The notes under the pieces: model-generated | What the model saw: the letters and a program-made list of their open reading frames with translations, nothing else | Database searches by the model: none | What the model was told of the DNA's origin: nothing | In this document: positions 12,900 through 26,160 of the stretch, piece by piece | Layout of the letters: each line of letters begins with the position of its first letter | How positions within the stretch are numbered: the first letter of the stretch is position 1 | Program-made: the position numbers and the translations under genes | Assembly (NCBI RefSeq): GCF_020745735.1 | Contig: NC_083439.1 | Location: 13,158,596 to 13,222,595 of the forward strand | Length of the DNA: 64,000 nucleotides | Reading direction: 5' to 3' | From: Hemiscyllium ocellatum | Lineage: Eukaryota

Positions 12900-13880
12900 T
12901 TCTGTGAAGGCAGGTTTAAGTAGCTGTTTAAGTGCTCTATCGCTCATGTGTGTCCATTCTGAATTCTACCAATCTAGACTGCAAAAGACCTACATTTGTC
13001 TTCACTTTATTGTTATTTTTACATTCATTTAAGTTTTTACAGTCCACAATTATGTTCCTTATGTTTCCTTTCAAACTTTACTTTTCCCATCTGCTCGATC
13101 ACTTGGTCCTCCATTGTTGGTTGCTGATATTGCTCACAACCCTCAGACTCGCTAGTTTTCCTGGAAAGTTTACATATCTCCTCTTTGGATCTTTATACTA
13201 ACCTTAATTTCTTCTGTTAGCTAAGGTTGGATTACTTTTGTTGTTGTACTTTGTGTACCAGCAAGAATTTGTTGTTATAATTTTAATAAATGCATTCATT
13301 CTTTATATATTAGCAAACATTTATCCACCAGTAAGCCTTTCAGTGACACAATTTGTTATAGCGGACTCATGCCTTTGTAGTTTATCTTGTTTTAGATTTA
13401 GGATCCTAGTTTTGGATTGGACTTTGTATCCCAATGAAGAATTTTATCATGTGATTGTTATTGCTTCCTAAAGGACTTCACCCAAGATTTCAATTAACCC
13501 CTTCTCATTGCTGAATGGATACTGTTTCTTCATTGGTTTCTCAATATGTTGGTCTAAAAAACCATCTTGTGCACACTCTAGAAATTCATCTACTAATATA
13601 TTATAAAAGTGGTTTGTTCTATTTATCTAGTAGATTTGAGTTACTTATGATTACTGTCATGACCTTGTTGCATGCATATCTAATTTCTTGTTTAACACCA
13701 TCCTCCACCTTATCATTACTTTGTGGAGACTGTATAGAAAACATCCACTAATGTTTCCACCCCTATTGCCTCTCAGCTCTCCTATACAGTTTCTACATTT
13801 AAATTTTCTGAGCCAAAATCCTCTCTCACTATTGCACTGATTTCATGCTTTATTTTCAACATGACTCTACTTCCCTTTCT
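12900..13880 (-). mobile_element. Old degenerate CR1 fragment (endonuclease region), continues at ~18325-18360
   Basis: Weak similarity to the APE region of the younger CR1 that interrupts it. Confidence 0.5.
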
Positions 13881-13881
13881 T

Positions 13882-16800
13882 TAAGACCATAAGACCATAA
13901 GACAGAGGAATGGAAGTAAGGCCATTCGGCCCATCGAGTCCACTCTGCCATTCAATCATGGCTGATGGGCATTTCAGCTCCACTTACCTGCATTCTCCCC
14001 GTAGCCGTTAATTCCTTGTGACATCAAGAATCTATCAATCTCTGCCTTGAAGACATTTAGTGTCCCAGCCTCCACTGCACTCTGCGGCAATGAATTCCAC
14101 AGGCATTCCTGGCTGAAGAAATGTCTCAGCATTTCTGTTCTGAATTGACCCCCTCTAATTTTAAGGCTGTGTCCACGGCTGTCTCCTCGCCTAACAGAAA
14201 AAATTTCCTAGTGTCCACCCTTTCCAAGCCATGTATTATCTTGTAAGTTTCTATTAAGTCTCCCTTTAATCTTCTAAACTCCAATGAATACAATCCCAGG
14301 ATCCTCAGCCATTCCTCGTACGTTAGACAAACATTCCAGGGATCATCCGTGAGAATCTCCGCTGAACACGTTCCAGTGCCAGTATATCCTTCCTGAGGTG
14401 TGGGGACCAAAACTGGACACTGTACTCCAAATGGGACCTAACCAGAGCTTTATAAAGTCTCAGTAGCACAACGGTGCTTTTACATTCCAACCCTCTTGAG
14501 ATAAGTGACATCATTGCATTCGCTTTCTTAATCACGGACTCAACCTGCATGTTTACCTTTAGAGAATCCTTGACTAGCACTCACAGATCACTTTGAACTT
14601 TGGCTTTACGAATTTTCTCACTGTTTAGAAAGTAGTCTATGCTTTTATTCTTTTTGCCAAAGTGCAAGACCTCGCATTTGCTCACGGTGAATTCCATCAG
14701 CCATTTGCTGGACCACTCTCCCAAACTGTCTAGATCCTTCTGTAGCCTCCCTACTTTCTCAGTACTACCTGCCTGTCCACCTAACTTCGTATCATCGGCA
14801 AACTTCGCTAGAATGCCCCCAGTCCCTCCATCCAGATCATTAATATATAATGCAAACAGCTGCGGCCCTGCAGGACACCGCTTGTCACCGGCTGCCATTC
14901 TGAAAAAGAGCCTTTTATCCCAACTCTCTGCCTTCTGTCAGACAGCCAATCCTCAATCCATCCCAGTAGCTCACCTCGAACACCATGGGCCCTCACCTTG
15001 CTCAGCAGCCTCCCGTGTGGCACCTAATCAAAGGCCTTTTGGAAGTCTAGATAGACCACATCAACTGGGTTTCCCTGGTCTAACTTACTTGTCACCTCTT
15101 CAAAGAATTCCAACAGGTTTGTCAGGCATGACCTCCCCTTATTAAATCCATGTTGACTTGTTCTAATCAGACTCTGCTCTTCCAAGAATTTAGAAACCTC
15201 ATCCTTAGTGATGGATTCTAGAATTTTACCAACAACCTAGGTTAGGCTAATTGGCCTATAATTTTCCATCTTTTGTCTTGATCCTTTCTTGAACAAAGGG
15301 GTTACAACAGCGATCTTCCAATCATCCGGGACTTTCCTTGACTCCAGTGACTCTTGAAAGATCTCAACCAATGCCTCCGCTATTTCCTCAGCCACCTCTC
15401 TCAGAACTCTAGGATGTATCCCATCGGGGCCAGGAGATTTATCACTTTTAAGACCTTTTAGTTTTTCTAGCACTTTCTCTTTTGTAACGGCAACCATACT
15501 CAACTCAGCCCCCTGACTCCCTTTAATTGTTGAGATATTACTCATGTCTTCCACTGTGAAAACTGATGCAAAGTACTTGTTAAGTTCTCCTGCTATTTCC
15601 TTATCTCCCATCACTAGGCTTCCAGCATCAGTTTGAAGTGGTCCAATGTCTACTTTTGCCTGTCGTTTGTTTCTTATGTATTGAAAGAAACTTTTACTAT
15701 CATTTCTAATATTACTGGCTAGCCTACCTTCATATTTGACCCTCTCCTTTCTTATTACTCTTTGTTATCCTCTGTTTGTTTTTGTAGCCTTCCCAATCTT
15801 CTGATTTCCCACTGCTCTTGGCCACTTTATAGGATCTCTCTTTTTCTTTAATACATTTCCTGACTTCCTTTGTCAGCCATGGCTATTTAATCCCTCCCTG
15901 GATGATCTTTCTTTTCTTGGGGATGAACCTCTGTACAGTGTCTTCAATTATACCCACAAACTCCTGCCATTTTTGCTCTATTGTCCTCCCCGCTAGGCTC
16001 TGCTTCCAGTCTATTTTTGTCAGTTCCTCTCATGCCCTCATAATTACCTTTGTTTAACTGTAACACTATTACATCCGATTTTGCCTTCTCTCTTTCAAAC
16101 TGCAGACTGAACTCTACCATATTATGATCACTGCTTCTTAAGGGTTCCCTTACTTTAAGATCTTTTATAAAGTCTGGTTTATTGCAAAGCACTAGGTCCA
16201 GAATAGCCTGCTCCCTTGTGGGCTCCATGACAAGCTGTTCCAAAAAGCCATCTTGTAAGCATTCCATGAATTCCCTTTCCTTGGATCCACTGGCAACATT
16301 ATTTACCCAGTCCACCTGCATATTGAAGTCTCCCATGATCACTGTGACCTTGCCTTTCTGACATGCCTTCTCTATTTCCCGGTACATGTTGCGTCCCTGG
16401 TCCTGACCACTGTTAGGAGTTCTGTACACAACTCCAATTATGGTTTTTTTGCCTTTGTGGTTCCTCAATTCCACCCACACAGACTCCACATCATCTGACG
16501 CTATGTCATTTAGTGCCATAGATTTAATTTTGTTCTTAACTAACAAGGCAACCCCACCCCCTCTGCTGACCTCCCTGTCTTTTCGTTAAGTTGAACATCC
16601 TTGGAGGTTTAACTGCCAGTCCTGACTCCCCTGTAACCATGTCTCTGTGATGCCTACCACATCATAATCATTCACTATGATCTGTGCCATTAGTTCATCT
16701 ACTTTGTTATGAATGCTACAATCATTCAGGTAAAGTGCCTTAATGCTAACTTTATCATTAGGGATATTGGAAGTCATAAGATATCCTAAGTTATCCTTCC

Positions 16801-18320
16801 TTTTTGCTGCATTCCCAGTCTGCCTCGAGTTTAGATCCGCCTGCACATATGCTATCCTGTTGCTTATCTTTCCATTTAACTCCATACTCCCTGTCGCTTT
16901 CACTTTCCCTTCCCCCCAACTCAGAAGTTTAAAGTCCTACTGACCACCCTATTTATCCTCTTCGCTAGAACATTGGTACCTGATCGGTTCAGGTGGAGAC
17001 CGTCCCAACGGTACAGATCCCCCCGGTTCCAAAGCTGATGCCAATGCCCCATGAAGTGGAATCCCTCTTTCCCAAACCAATCCCTTAGCCATGTGTTTAC
17101 TTCTCTAATTTTCTTATCCCTATGCCAATTGGCACATGGCTCGGGCAGTAATCCGGAGATTATGACCCTTGAGGACCTGTACTTCAATTACCTGCCTAGT
17201 GCTTCATAATCCCCAAACAGGTCCTCCACCCTAGTCTTGCCTATGTTGTTAGTACCAACGTGGACCACAACAACTGGATCCTCCCCCTCCTGCTCCAATA
17301 TCCTTTCAAGCCGGTCGGAGATGTCCTGCATCCTGGCACCGGGCAGGCAACTCACCATGCGAGACTCCCGATCCGGTTTTCAAAGGATACTATCTGTCCC
17401 CCTAATTATAGAATCCCTTATAATCGCTACTTGTCTATTTGCTCCCCCCTCTTGAATGGCCTTCTGCACCATGGTGCCGTGGTCAGTTGGCTCATCCTGT
17501 TCAGAGCCCTTTTCCTCATCCGTACAGGGAGCAAGAATCTCATACCTGTTGGACAAGGTCAAGGGCTGAGGCTCCTCCACTCCTGAACTCAGGTTCCCCC
17601 TGCCTGCCTCACTTACAGTCACACTCTGATGTGCCTGATCACTAGCTGAATGTGAATTACTTAATCTCCCAGGTGTGACTGCCTCCTGAAACAAAGCGTC
17701 CAGGTAACTCTCCCCCTCCCGGATGTGCCGCAATGTTTGAAGCTCAGATTCCAGATCATCAACTCTGATCCGGAGTTCTTCCAGAAACCAACACTTGCTG
17801 CAGAGGTGGTCACTGCCATTCACAATGGGATCAGCCAGCTCCCACATCATACAGCTACAGCACATCACCTGACCAGCCATCTCTGCTTAGTTAATTACTT
17901 AGTTACTTTGTACAGGTTTGAGTTAGAATACTTTCTGATACCTCTCTGCTATAGTCTTTCCCTAAAAAAGAATGAATATATATACACAAAAACAAAGTAA
18001 ATTTTTAACCAGTCACTGGCAAAGAAATAGAAAATCCTTACCTTAAAAAAAAGTGTAGTTAAGGAAGTTAGAGGAGGAGGGTGGGTGGGAGATACTACAG
18101 GTGTAGAATCTCGGGTTTAGCCACCTTCCTGATTTATATACTCACTGCTTTCCTTCCCGGCTGCCCCTCTGGTAGTCATCACTTCCCCTGCTCCTCCTGC
18201 TCTTCCTGTGAAGAGAGAAAAAAAACACCGCTGCCCGCTACCGGTAAGTAATTTTAAAACAAACTGTCTTACCTTAGCTGTAGTCTCCCGGGTTCGTTTA
18301 TACTCAGCCGCTGCTCCCAC
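13882..18320 (-). mobile_element. Near full-length CR1 LINE (5' UTR, ORF1 Zn-finger/coiled-coil/SGNH esterase, ORF2 APE+RT), inactivated by frameshifts and small deletions
   Basis: ORF1 CCSC..CSKC, RDS(GDS), DGLHLN (17880-16921); ORF2 GITETWL, MGDFN, LDLVL, SDHN, KSPGPDGIHP, NYRPISLT, KFADDTK; 3' tail (taagacca)n at 13882-13900. Confidence 0.93.
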
Positions 18321-18359
18321 TCAAAATGTCTGTCCTTCCTAAATATAGAATAGCTGACT

Positions 18360-19150
18360 AGCATTTTCACTCTGTCTGGTAGTTTACTGATCCACAAACC
18401 GCAATCAATCAGGATAGGCAACGGCACCTCTTCCAGGACGATCCTTAACACTGGTGCCCTGCATGTTCAGCCCCTTACTGTACTCCCTGTACATGCATAA
18501 CTGCGTGGCCAAATTTTACTTGAACTCCATTGACAGGTTTGCTGATATCACCACTGTTAGAGGCCAGATATCATACAATCACCAGACAGAATACAGGAAA
18601 GAGATAGAGTGTTTGATGGCATGGTGTAAAGATAACAATTTCTCCCTCAATGTCAGCAAGACGAAAGAGCTAATCATTGAATTCAGGAAACAAGGAGAAG
18701 AGCATGCCCATACCTACATCAGCAGAGCTGAGGTGGAAACGGTTGACAACATCAAGTTCCTCAGAATGACGATCACCAACAATCTGTCCAGGGTCACCCA
18801 CAGTGATGCAACAATCAAGAAGACACAACAATGCCTCTTCTTCCTCTAAGAAAGGCTAAGGAAATTCAGCATGTCCACAAGGACTCTCATCAACTTTTAT
18901 AGATACACCATAGAGAACATTCTACCTGAATACACCATGGCTTGGTACAGCAACTGCTCTGTCCAGGACTGAAAGAAACTACAGTGAGTTGTGAACCCAA
19001 ACCAGTCTATCATGCAAACCAACCTTCCACCCATTGACTCCACCCACACCTTTTGCTGCCTTGGAAAGGCAGCAAACATCATCAAAGACCCCTCCTAGCC
19101 AGGTTTTGATCTCTTCCAATCTCTTCTGTCAGGCAGAAGATACAAAAGCT
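18360..19150 (+). mobile_element. Rex1/Babar-type LINE 3' fragment
   Basis: SPLLYSLY, FADITT, WCKDNNFSLNVSKTKELIIEFRK RT motifs typical of the Rex1/Babar clade. Confidence 0.8.
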
Positions 19151-19159
19151 GAAACACAG

Positions 19160-21920
19160 CTGCCCAATGCAAAGGCCAAGACCAAAAGGGAACACATGAG
19201 AACCAGTAATCAGGGAATAAGCCGATGTTCTGAAGAGGAGAACAGGTACTAGACGTTGGTAAATGGTGTGGGAAACTCTGGAGTCAAACCACCAGATGGC
19301 TAAGACCTATCTCCTGTTGTGTCAGAAGGGTCAAATGTACTTTGCTTATCATACCTCAGACTTAGAGGGATTAGAATAGGAATTCAGTGAAAGCTGGACC
19401 CCAAACTCAGACAGCTGCCATATCCTTGACAAGCAAGAGAGAGTTGAGAATGTTGTGCTGGGAAAGCACATCCAGTCAGGCAGCATCCAAGGAGCAGGAA
19501 GAGCTCTTCCCGATGAAGAGCTTCTGCTTGAAATGTTGACTGTCCTGCTCCTCGGATGCTGCCTGACCTGCTGTGCTTTTCCAGCACCACACTCTCAACT
19601 CTGATCTCCAGCATCTGCAGTCCTCACTTTCTCCCAAGCAAGAGAGAGTGGCAAGGATTCAAAGATTCGGTCAGGGTGCCAGTGTAAAAGCAGTTGGCGA
19701 CAGAGTCAGGGATCTGTAGCTTGGCAAGGAGCCAGAAATTAGGGCAGGGACCCAGATTCCATTGTCAGATTCATAGAGTAAAAGCATTGGGGTTAAACAC
19801 ACGTCTGGGTATTAAATCAGTCGAAACATCTGTATTGGAATAATGACACCTAAAGAGCAGGAGACATGGTTTATGTTGATCCACACGCTCATTGTGAAAC
19901 AGTGGGTCTGTGGAAGATCAGTTTGACAGTTTCCTGAGAGGGCCCAGGGGCCTGGGAGAAGTTGTGGAAGGAAAGCACTAAAGGTATAGTAAAGGGTGGA
20001 GTGAAAAAGGAGACTGCAATAGCAAGTGCTACAACTGAAATGAAGAGCTTGCATCAGGCTGTCAGAATCCTGCAGCAGGGAGAAAGCTGCAGCTGAAAGC
20101 AATATTGAAGTATTGAGCAAAGAGGCAGAGGACAGGTGGGTACAGTGTAGAGGATATGTTACCTGGTTGGAGGATCATAAAATAGGATAGACAGCTTGGG
20201 TCATCAGAAAGAAAGGCAGGATTATTCAGATAACAAAACCAGCAGCAAATCACCCAACTGCGAGACCCGGGGAACATCTACATAGTGGAATACGGGCAGT
20301 ATACCAGCTGGCTAATATGACACAGCAAGGAAAAGCTGTAGAACATACTTAATGCTTAAGGAAAATTGAGCAAGGGGAAGTGTAGCTAAAAGCAAAGCAG
20401 GGATAGTTCATGCTTTTTGGACAGAAAGGGCACCCTGGCTTGGATGCTCTCAATGAGGGAGTCTGGCAGCATAGGTAAGGGACAGATCATCGAGACAAAT
20501 ATGACCCAACTCCAGAATTTGAATCCAACATCTCATCTGCACACCCTGAAAAGTGCACTGTTCCCAACAAACTTGCCAAAGAACCCCTTAGTTACTATTA
20601 GATCCAGCACAGAGGGAAACACTGAAAATTCCTACGGCCCTACAAAACAATACGCCCTTTAATGTCAGTCATGCTGCGGGATATGATGAAAGGGCAGCCA
20701 GCTTTGAAACCAGGTGATCAAGTAGAATTTTTCCACTGAATGCACCAGATCCCGGTAGAACAGGGGTTGCGAAATGAGAAAAGGAACCCTGCATTGCTAG
20801 CCTGTGACTGTAGTGTAGGATGAGCTCTTCTCCGAATACTCAAACACTGGTAGAGGGACTCTGCGAACAGGGTACAATGGGATTCGATCAGGATGTTTGG
20901 CTGAAGATCTTCACAAAGCCTCACAGAGGAAGGAAGAAGACTGCACAGCCTTCAAAATTGAATTGGCTAAGAATCCTGATTTTCCAAAGCATACAGCAGT
21001 CAGCATGGGACCCAATGATAATGCTCACACAGAAGCATGGCTCCTATGTCAGACGGCTCAGAGATGGGAAAGGGAAATGTAGGAGACATCAAAAAGAAAA
21101 GCAATTCATTGGATGACCCCAATAGCCTGGAGGAATGAGGGGCAGACCAGAGCTGTCCCAAGCAGCTCAGGACTGTGCAGAATGACAGGGCAGGTCGAGG
21201 TGGTGTTTCCTAGCTAGTATGTGGCCAGTTAGGACACTTTGCCCAGGAGTGCCCTCAACAGGGCTCCCACCCTGGAAAAAGGTACCATACCCTCCTAGAA
21301 GGGCGAGAAACAAAGAGCCCATTAGCACAGTTAACATGGAATCTGGAAACCCAGGCTCCAAATCCACCCTCCAGCCTCATGAATGGTCAATTTTGGTACT
21401 AAGAACCCTAACAGGTCCTTTTAACCTGCAATTAAAAGGTGGGAGTGATATTGTTGGGGAGATCTTAACATTGACAGGGTCGATGATTCAAAAAAAATTA
21501 TTGACGCTCCTATTATGCAGTGGGGGCCAATGGTTTGGTGTTGATATGAAGTATCTAAAGTGGGGTGTGAGAGACAGGACAGTTAATCTTCCTGTAAATA
21601 TGGGGGCACAAAGTACAGAATTAGCAGCCGTGGAGTTTGTGGTAGAACAACTGGAGATTTTTCGGGAAAAGGGCAGTGATCTGTTCAGAGAGTTTACTTA
21701 AAACAGCTATTCATGGCAAAAACATTCTAGAGAAAGTTACAGCCCACTGTAAGACCACACCACCCAAAGGTAAAAGAACTGGCTAGGGAAGGAGGACACT
21801 GTGAGATGAATTGGCACGAAGGGACAGGACAGACAGAAGAGGTTAAAGCTGCCAAGCTCATGAGAGATTTAGGGCCAGTATTGTGCTGGCACATAGACTA
21901 AGGTAGGCAAGACAAACTCA
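19160..21920 (+). mobile_element. Degenerate LTR-retroelement/ERV internal remnant (gag with CCHC knuckle, RNase H-like segment)
   Basis: CF..VCGQLGHFAQECP knuckle at ~21204-21254; GAQSTELAAV RNase H-like motif at ~21603-21632; many frameshifts; LTRs not identified. Confidence 0.55.
19445..19634. mobile_element. Penelope pLTR fold-back mini-element (older subfamily) with 15-bp TSD
   Basis: Inverted arms; degenerate hammerhead cgatgaagagcttctgcttgaaa; caagcaagagagagt at 19430-19444 and 19635-19649. Confidence 0.85.
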
Positions 21921-22950
21921 GATTCTTCATCTGGACCTCTGATGAAGTCATGTAATTTACAAACATTAGCTTGCTCTCTCCTCACGGAGGCTGCCTCATC
22001 TACTGTGATTCCCAGCATTTCTTTTTGTTTTCCGTAGATTCCAGAATCTGCAGTAATTTGCTCCTACCTGTTTCATGGTAAACCATGCATGCATTATTGG
22101 TGTAAAATGAGTCCCAGTAAGTAAGCAGATCAGATCATGAGGAAACAAAGCTTACAATTCCCACCAGAAGCCATTTTCCCACAAATATTTTAGCATTTCC
22201 AATTAGCAATCCTGATCAGTCTTACTCTAAATTGACTATGATGAAGGGCTTATGCTCGAAACGTCGAATTCTCTATTCCTGAGATGCTGCCTAACCTGCT
22301 GTGCTTTGACCAGCAACACATTTGCAGCTAAATACTTATTTTGTTAATGTTGGTGGAAATTGTTACTCAACATGTTGTCCATGTGCTAATATACATTGGA
22401 AATCTCTGTGAAAATTTCCAATGATGGGTTAATTCTATAGCTGCTAATGACGCAGAAAAAAATTCCATATCAAGTGACACCTCTGCCATGGCAACAGATT
22501 GATCCTTGCCAAACATAGTCTATTTCATAATCAGAAACTCAAATAGACTTTGGATTGATCAGTTGTAATAACGTAAGTATACTTTTATATTCGTTGAACT
22601 CTCAGCAATCGGGAATACTAATATTGTACAGAACTCCTTTAGGTCTTCATCAGTAAGTGAAACATCATAAATTCTTGATGCAACAGTTTAATCAATTGCA
22701 AGTTAAAATTAGTTTATTTTGTGGTGAATAGTCAGTTGCAAATCTGAAATGTGGAAGTGCATTTCTTTTCTAAACTACTTTATGACAGAGATCTAAAATC
22801 TAATTGTCAAAAATTCACTTGGAACTGTTCCTCTAGATTGGGAAAACTGTGCATGTTACTCCATCTTTAAGGAAGTTTTGAGGGGGAAGCCAGAAAATGA
22901 TAGATTGGTTGGACTAACATCCATTATCAGGAAATGAGTAACTCACAATG
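21921..22950 (+). repeat. Local duplication, copy 1 (near-identical to 23844-24767)
   Basis: Colinear, few substitutions; copy 1 carries an extra 93-bp pLTR insertion. Confidence 0.95.
22238..22330 (+). mobile_element. Solo Penelope pLTR fragment with truncated hammerhead
   Basis: tgatgaagggcttatgctcgaaacgtcgaat...; the empty site attgact-g-aatac is present in copy 2 (~24154-24166). Confidence 0.88.
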
Positions 22951-23769
22951 TACAGAAAACTCAGTGGGAACTCGACTCTTTGTTATATGAGTGTAAAGAT
23001 TACAGAGGATTGGTGGGGACCTTCTAACAATAGGAGCACAGAGATAGGCTACTTCACCCACAGCTCAGAGAAGGGGTTACAGACAGGGCATCAGTGTCAA
23101 TGGAAGCCACATCATGGAGAGTTTGTGGAATATAAGATTAAAAATGGACTGAAACTGGCAGTTGTCGCAAACCATTCAGCTTGTCCTGACAGCACCTCAG
23201 TCCATGGAATAGACTTACATTTAAACCCCAGGCAAAATCCTGTTTGACAGCATCCGTCATGAGCTGATGCCTGTCTCAGTGGAAAAAACAGAAGTTCAAC
23301 TGCCTGAGTTCTGCCCTTCCCTCGACCTGACTGGGAGAGCCCTGGGTCTGGGAACAGAGAAGCGTGAAGGCAAGCCTCAAACTGCCCTGAGTATTCCCAT
23401 TTAAAAGAGATCTGATCAAGTAAATGCCCATGTGTACTGCAAACGACTACTAAGCCACTGTACTCAGAAATGATCTGGATAGCTAGTTAAAAGAAGCCAA
23501 TTATATCAGAGGGGTCTCTTGCACAGCCCAGAGAACATTGGGACCAAGAAGCAGGAACATTGGGAATAGGAAGAACAGACTCAACTTCAGTTTGACCATC
23601 TGTAATCGGGGTAGTATACACTTTTCAACATCTTACGCTCCCAAAGCAGACATTAAATTAGTGTGTGGACGTAGACATTTGAGAACTGTAAGGTTACTTG
23701 GAATATTAGAGGTTTTGTAAAGTTGTATATGTATCTATCTTGTATTTTAATGATAATATATCTCATGGT

Positions 23770-23990
23770 AAAGATAACAAAAAATCACAGTGGGTCAGGT
23801 AGCATACTTGGAGAGAGAGCAAGCTAATGTTTTGAGTCCAGATGATTCTTCATCTGGACCTCTGATGAAGTCATGTAATTTACAAACATTAGCTTGCTCT
23901 CTCCTCACGGAGGCTGCCTCATCTACTGTGATTCCCAGCATTTCTTTTTGTTTTCCGTAGATTCCAGCATCTGCAGTAATTTGCTCCTAC
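23770..23990. mobile_element. Older PLE-type fold-back element (second family)
   Basis: Inverted arms gagagagcaagctaatgtt / aacattagcttgctctctc around cttcatc..gatgaag. Confidence 0.65.
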
Positions 23991-24767
23991 CTGTTTCATG
24001 GTAAACCATGCATGCATTATTGGTGTAAAATGAGTCCCAGTAAGTAAGCAGATCAGATCATGAGGAAACAAAGCTTACAATTCCCACCAGAAGCAATTTT
24101 CCCACAAACATTTTAGCATTTCCAATTAGCAATCCTGATCAGTCTTACTCTAAATTGACTGAATACTTATTTTGTTAATGTTGGTGGAAACTGTTGTCCA
24201 TGTGCTAATATACATTGGAAATCTCTGTGAAAATTTCCAATGATGGTTTAATTCTACAGCTGCTAATGACGCAGAAAAAATTCCATATCAAGTGACACCT
24301 CTGCCATGGCAACAATTGATCCTTGCCAAACATAGTCTATTTCATAATCAGAAACTCAAATAGACTCTGGATTGATCAGTTGTAATAACGTAAGTATACT
24401 TTTATATTCGTTGAACTCTCAGCAATCGGGAATACTAATATTGTACAGAACTCCTTTGGGTCTTCATCAGTAAGTGAAACATCATAAGTTCTTGATGCAA
24501 CAGTTTAATCAATTGCAAGTTAAAATTGGTTTCTTTTGTGGTGAATAGTCAATTGCAAATCTGAAATGCGGAAGTGCATTTCTTTCTAAACAACATTATG
24601 ACAGAGATCTAAAATCTAATTGTCAAAAATTCTCTTGGGAACTGTTCCTTTAGATTGGGAAAACTGTGCATGTTACTCCATCTTTAAGGAAGTTTTGAGG
24701 GGGAAGCCAGAAAATGATAGATTGGTTGGACTAACATCCATTATCAGGAAATGAGTAACTCACAATG
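23844..24767 (+). repeat. Local duplication, copy 2
   Basis: See 21921-22950; also homologous, more divergently, to 36790-38130. Confidence 0.95.
24290..24475 (+). promoter_or_regulatory. Putative promoter and 5' non-coding exon of UGT copy 3 (donor GTAAGT at 24470)
   Basis: Block conserved upstream of both copy 3 and copy 4, ending in a conserved GTAAGT; the coding exons begin at splice acceptors, so an upstream exon is expected. Confidence 0.45.
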
Positions 24768-24998
24768 ATGGGCAGCATGGTGGCACAGTGGTTAGCACTG
24801 CTGCCTCAGAGCACCAGAGGGTGCTCTGGTTTCCTCCTACAATCTAAAAATGTGCAGGTTAGGTGAATTGGCCATGCTAAATTGCCTGTAGTGTTAGGTG
24901 AAAGGGTAAATGTAGGGGAATGGGTCTGGGTGGGCTGTGCTTCGGTGTGCCGGTGTGGACTTGTTGGGCCGAAGGGCTTGTTTCCACACTGTAAGTAA
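24768..24998 (+). mobile_element. HE1-type V-SINE with internal deletion
   Basis: tRNA-like head ggtggcacagtggttagcactgctgcctca and 3' gtggacttgttgggccgaaggg..ccacactgtaagtaat. Confidence 0.85.
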
Positions 24999-25034
24999 TA
25001 TACTCTAAGTAAACATCATAATGAAAGCTAAAAT

Positions 25035-25730
25035 GACATTGATCAGCCTCGGATTTATGGGAAGATGTTCTCCAAGGCAGACTTTGGGACGTGCAACAGT
25101 GCAGATTTCCGAACAGATGCTTGTAGCTATGTTCATTACGCATGAGGACAGCCTCACCTGGGATCTTGGGCTCGTCTCATGACAGGTGACCCCAACAGAC
25201 TATACACTCACACACACAGTCATGCACATGGACAAATACACACACCCATGCACAGAGACACACATACACACCCTCTCTCACACATGCACTCACTCACACT
25301 CACACTCTCTCACAGGCATAAATGTCCTCACACACATTGCAAACTGTTTCTCAAGCACACACACTCTCACACACATATTATGCATCACTCTCACATTTCT
25401 TCTCAGGCACACACCCTCTCTCAAGAATGTGCCCAAACACACACACACACCTTTATTCTGATAAAAGCTGAAGTTATCTTGGAGCAGTGACTTGAAAATA
25501 AATTCTGGGATTTACATATTAATCAAAATCTGTACCTACATTCTAACTGTTTCAAGAATTAATAGCCATCTAATTTTGTTCAATACATTTGCAAAAGTTG
25601 TATGAACCTTTTTATCTTTGGCTATGAATTTGGTGTCCGATGTATTCTTTCTCATTGACTGCCTGGGGCTCCAAAAGTTTGTGGTTTCAAATAAACCTGT
25701 CAGACTATAACCTGTTGCTGTGATGTTTTT
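25035..25730 (+). mobile_element. Degenerate PLE 3' fragment (third family) containing a CA-rich tract at 25200-25450
   Basis: 3' end aataaacctgtcagactataacctg shared with 41471-41895 and 48770-48987; absent from the paralogous flank. Confidence 0.6.
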
Positions 25731-26070
25731 GCTTTTCAGCTGATGATTGTGAGTTAGCTTGGATATCTGATAGAATAATTTAAAGACTCAACTATAATGG
25801 TGACAAAAAAAAATACCAAAGTACCTTATTTATATTGACTTTTGAGTCCCTTATGAAGAGCTAAATTGGAGCACTTTGAATTCTGAAGTTGGCTGAAGAA
25901 TGGAAGATAGAGATTACTAAAAATGGACAGGTACTCTCATTAGCAAACTCTGAGAAAGGAAGCTGAACTGGGGATTCAATTACAGGGTACTGGGTGGCCC
26001 CCGCCACCCCATTTATCTGAAGCTACCCTTTCACCCACTCCCAGTCCTGAAGAAGGGATACACCCGAAGC

Positions 26071-26160
26071 TGAAAATGTGTTGCTGAAAAAGCGCAGCAG
26101 GTCAGGCAGCATCCAAGGAGCAGGAGATTCGACGTTTCGGGCATAAGCCCTTCTTCAGGA
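26071..26160 (-). mobile_element. Solo Penelope pLTR with intact hammerhead; 13-bp TSD
   Basis: atacacccgaagc 26058-26070 / atacacctgaagc 26161-26173. Confidence 0.85.

Noticed and set aside
22951-23770. 3' LTR of the ERV-like remnant
   Set aside because: No visible similarity to the 5' side (19160-19850) and no clear TG..CA, PBS or PPT; left unclassified.
25179-25490. His/Thr-rich ORFs
   Set aside because: They are translations of a CA-rich low-complexity tract.
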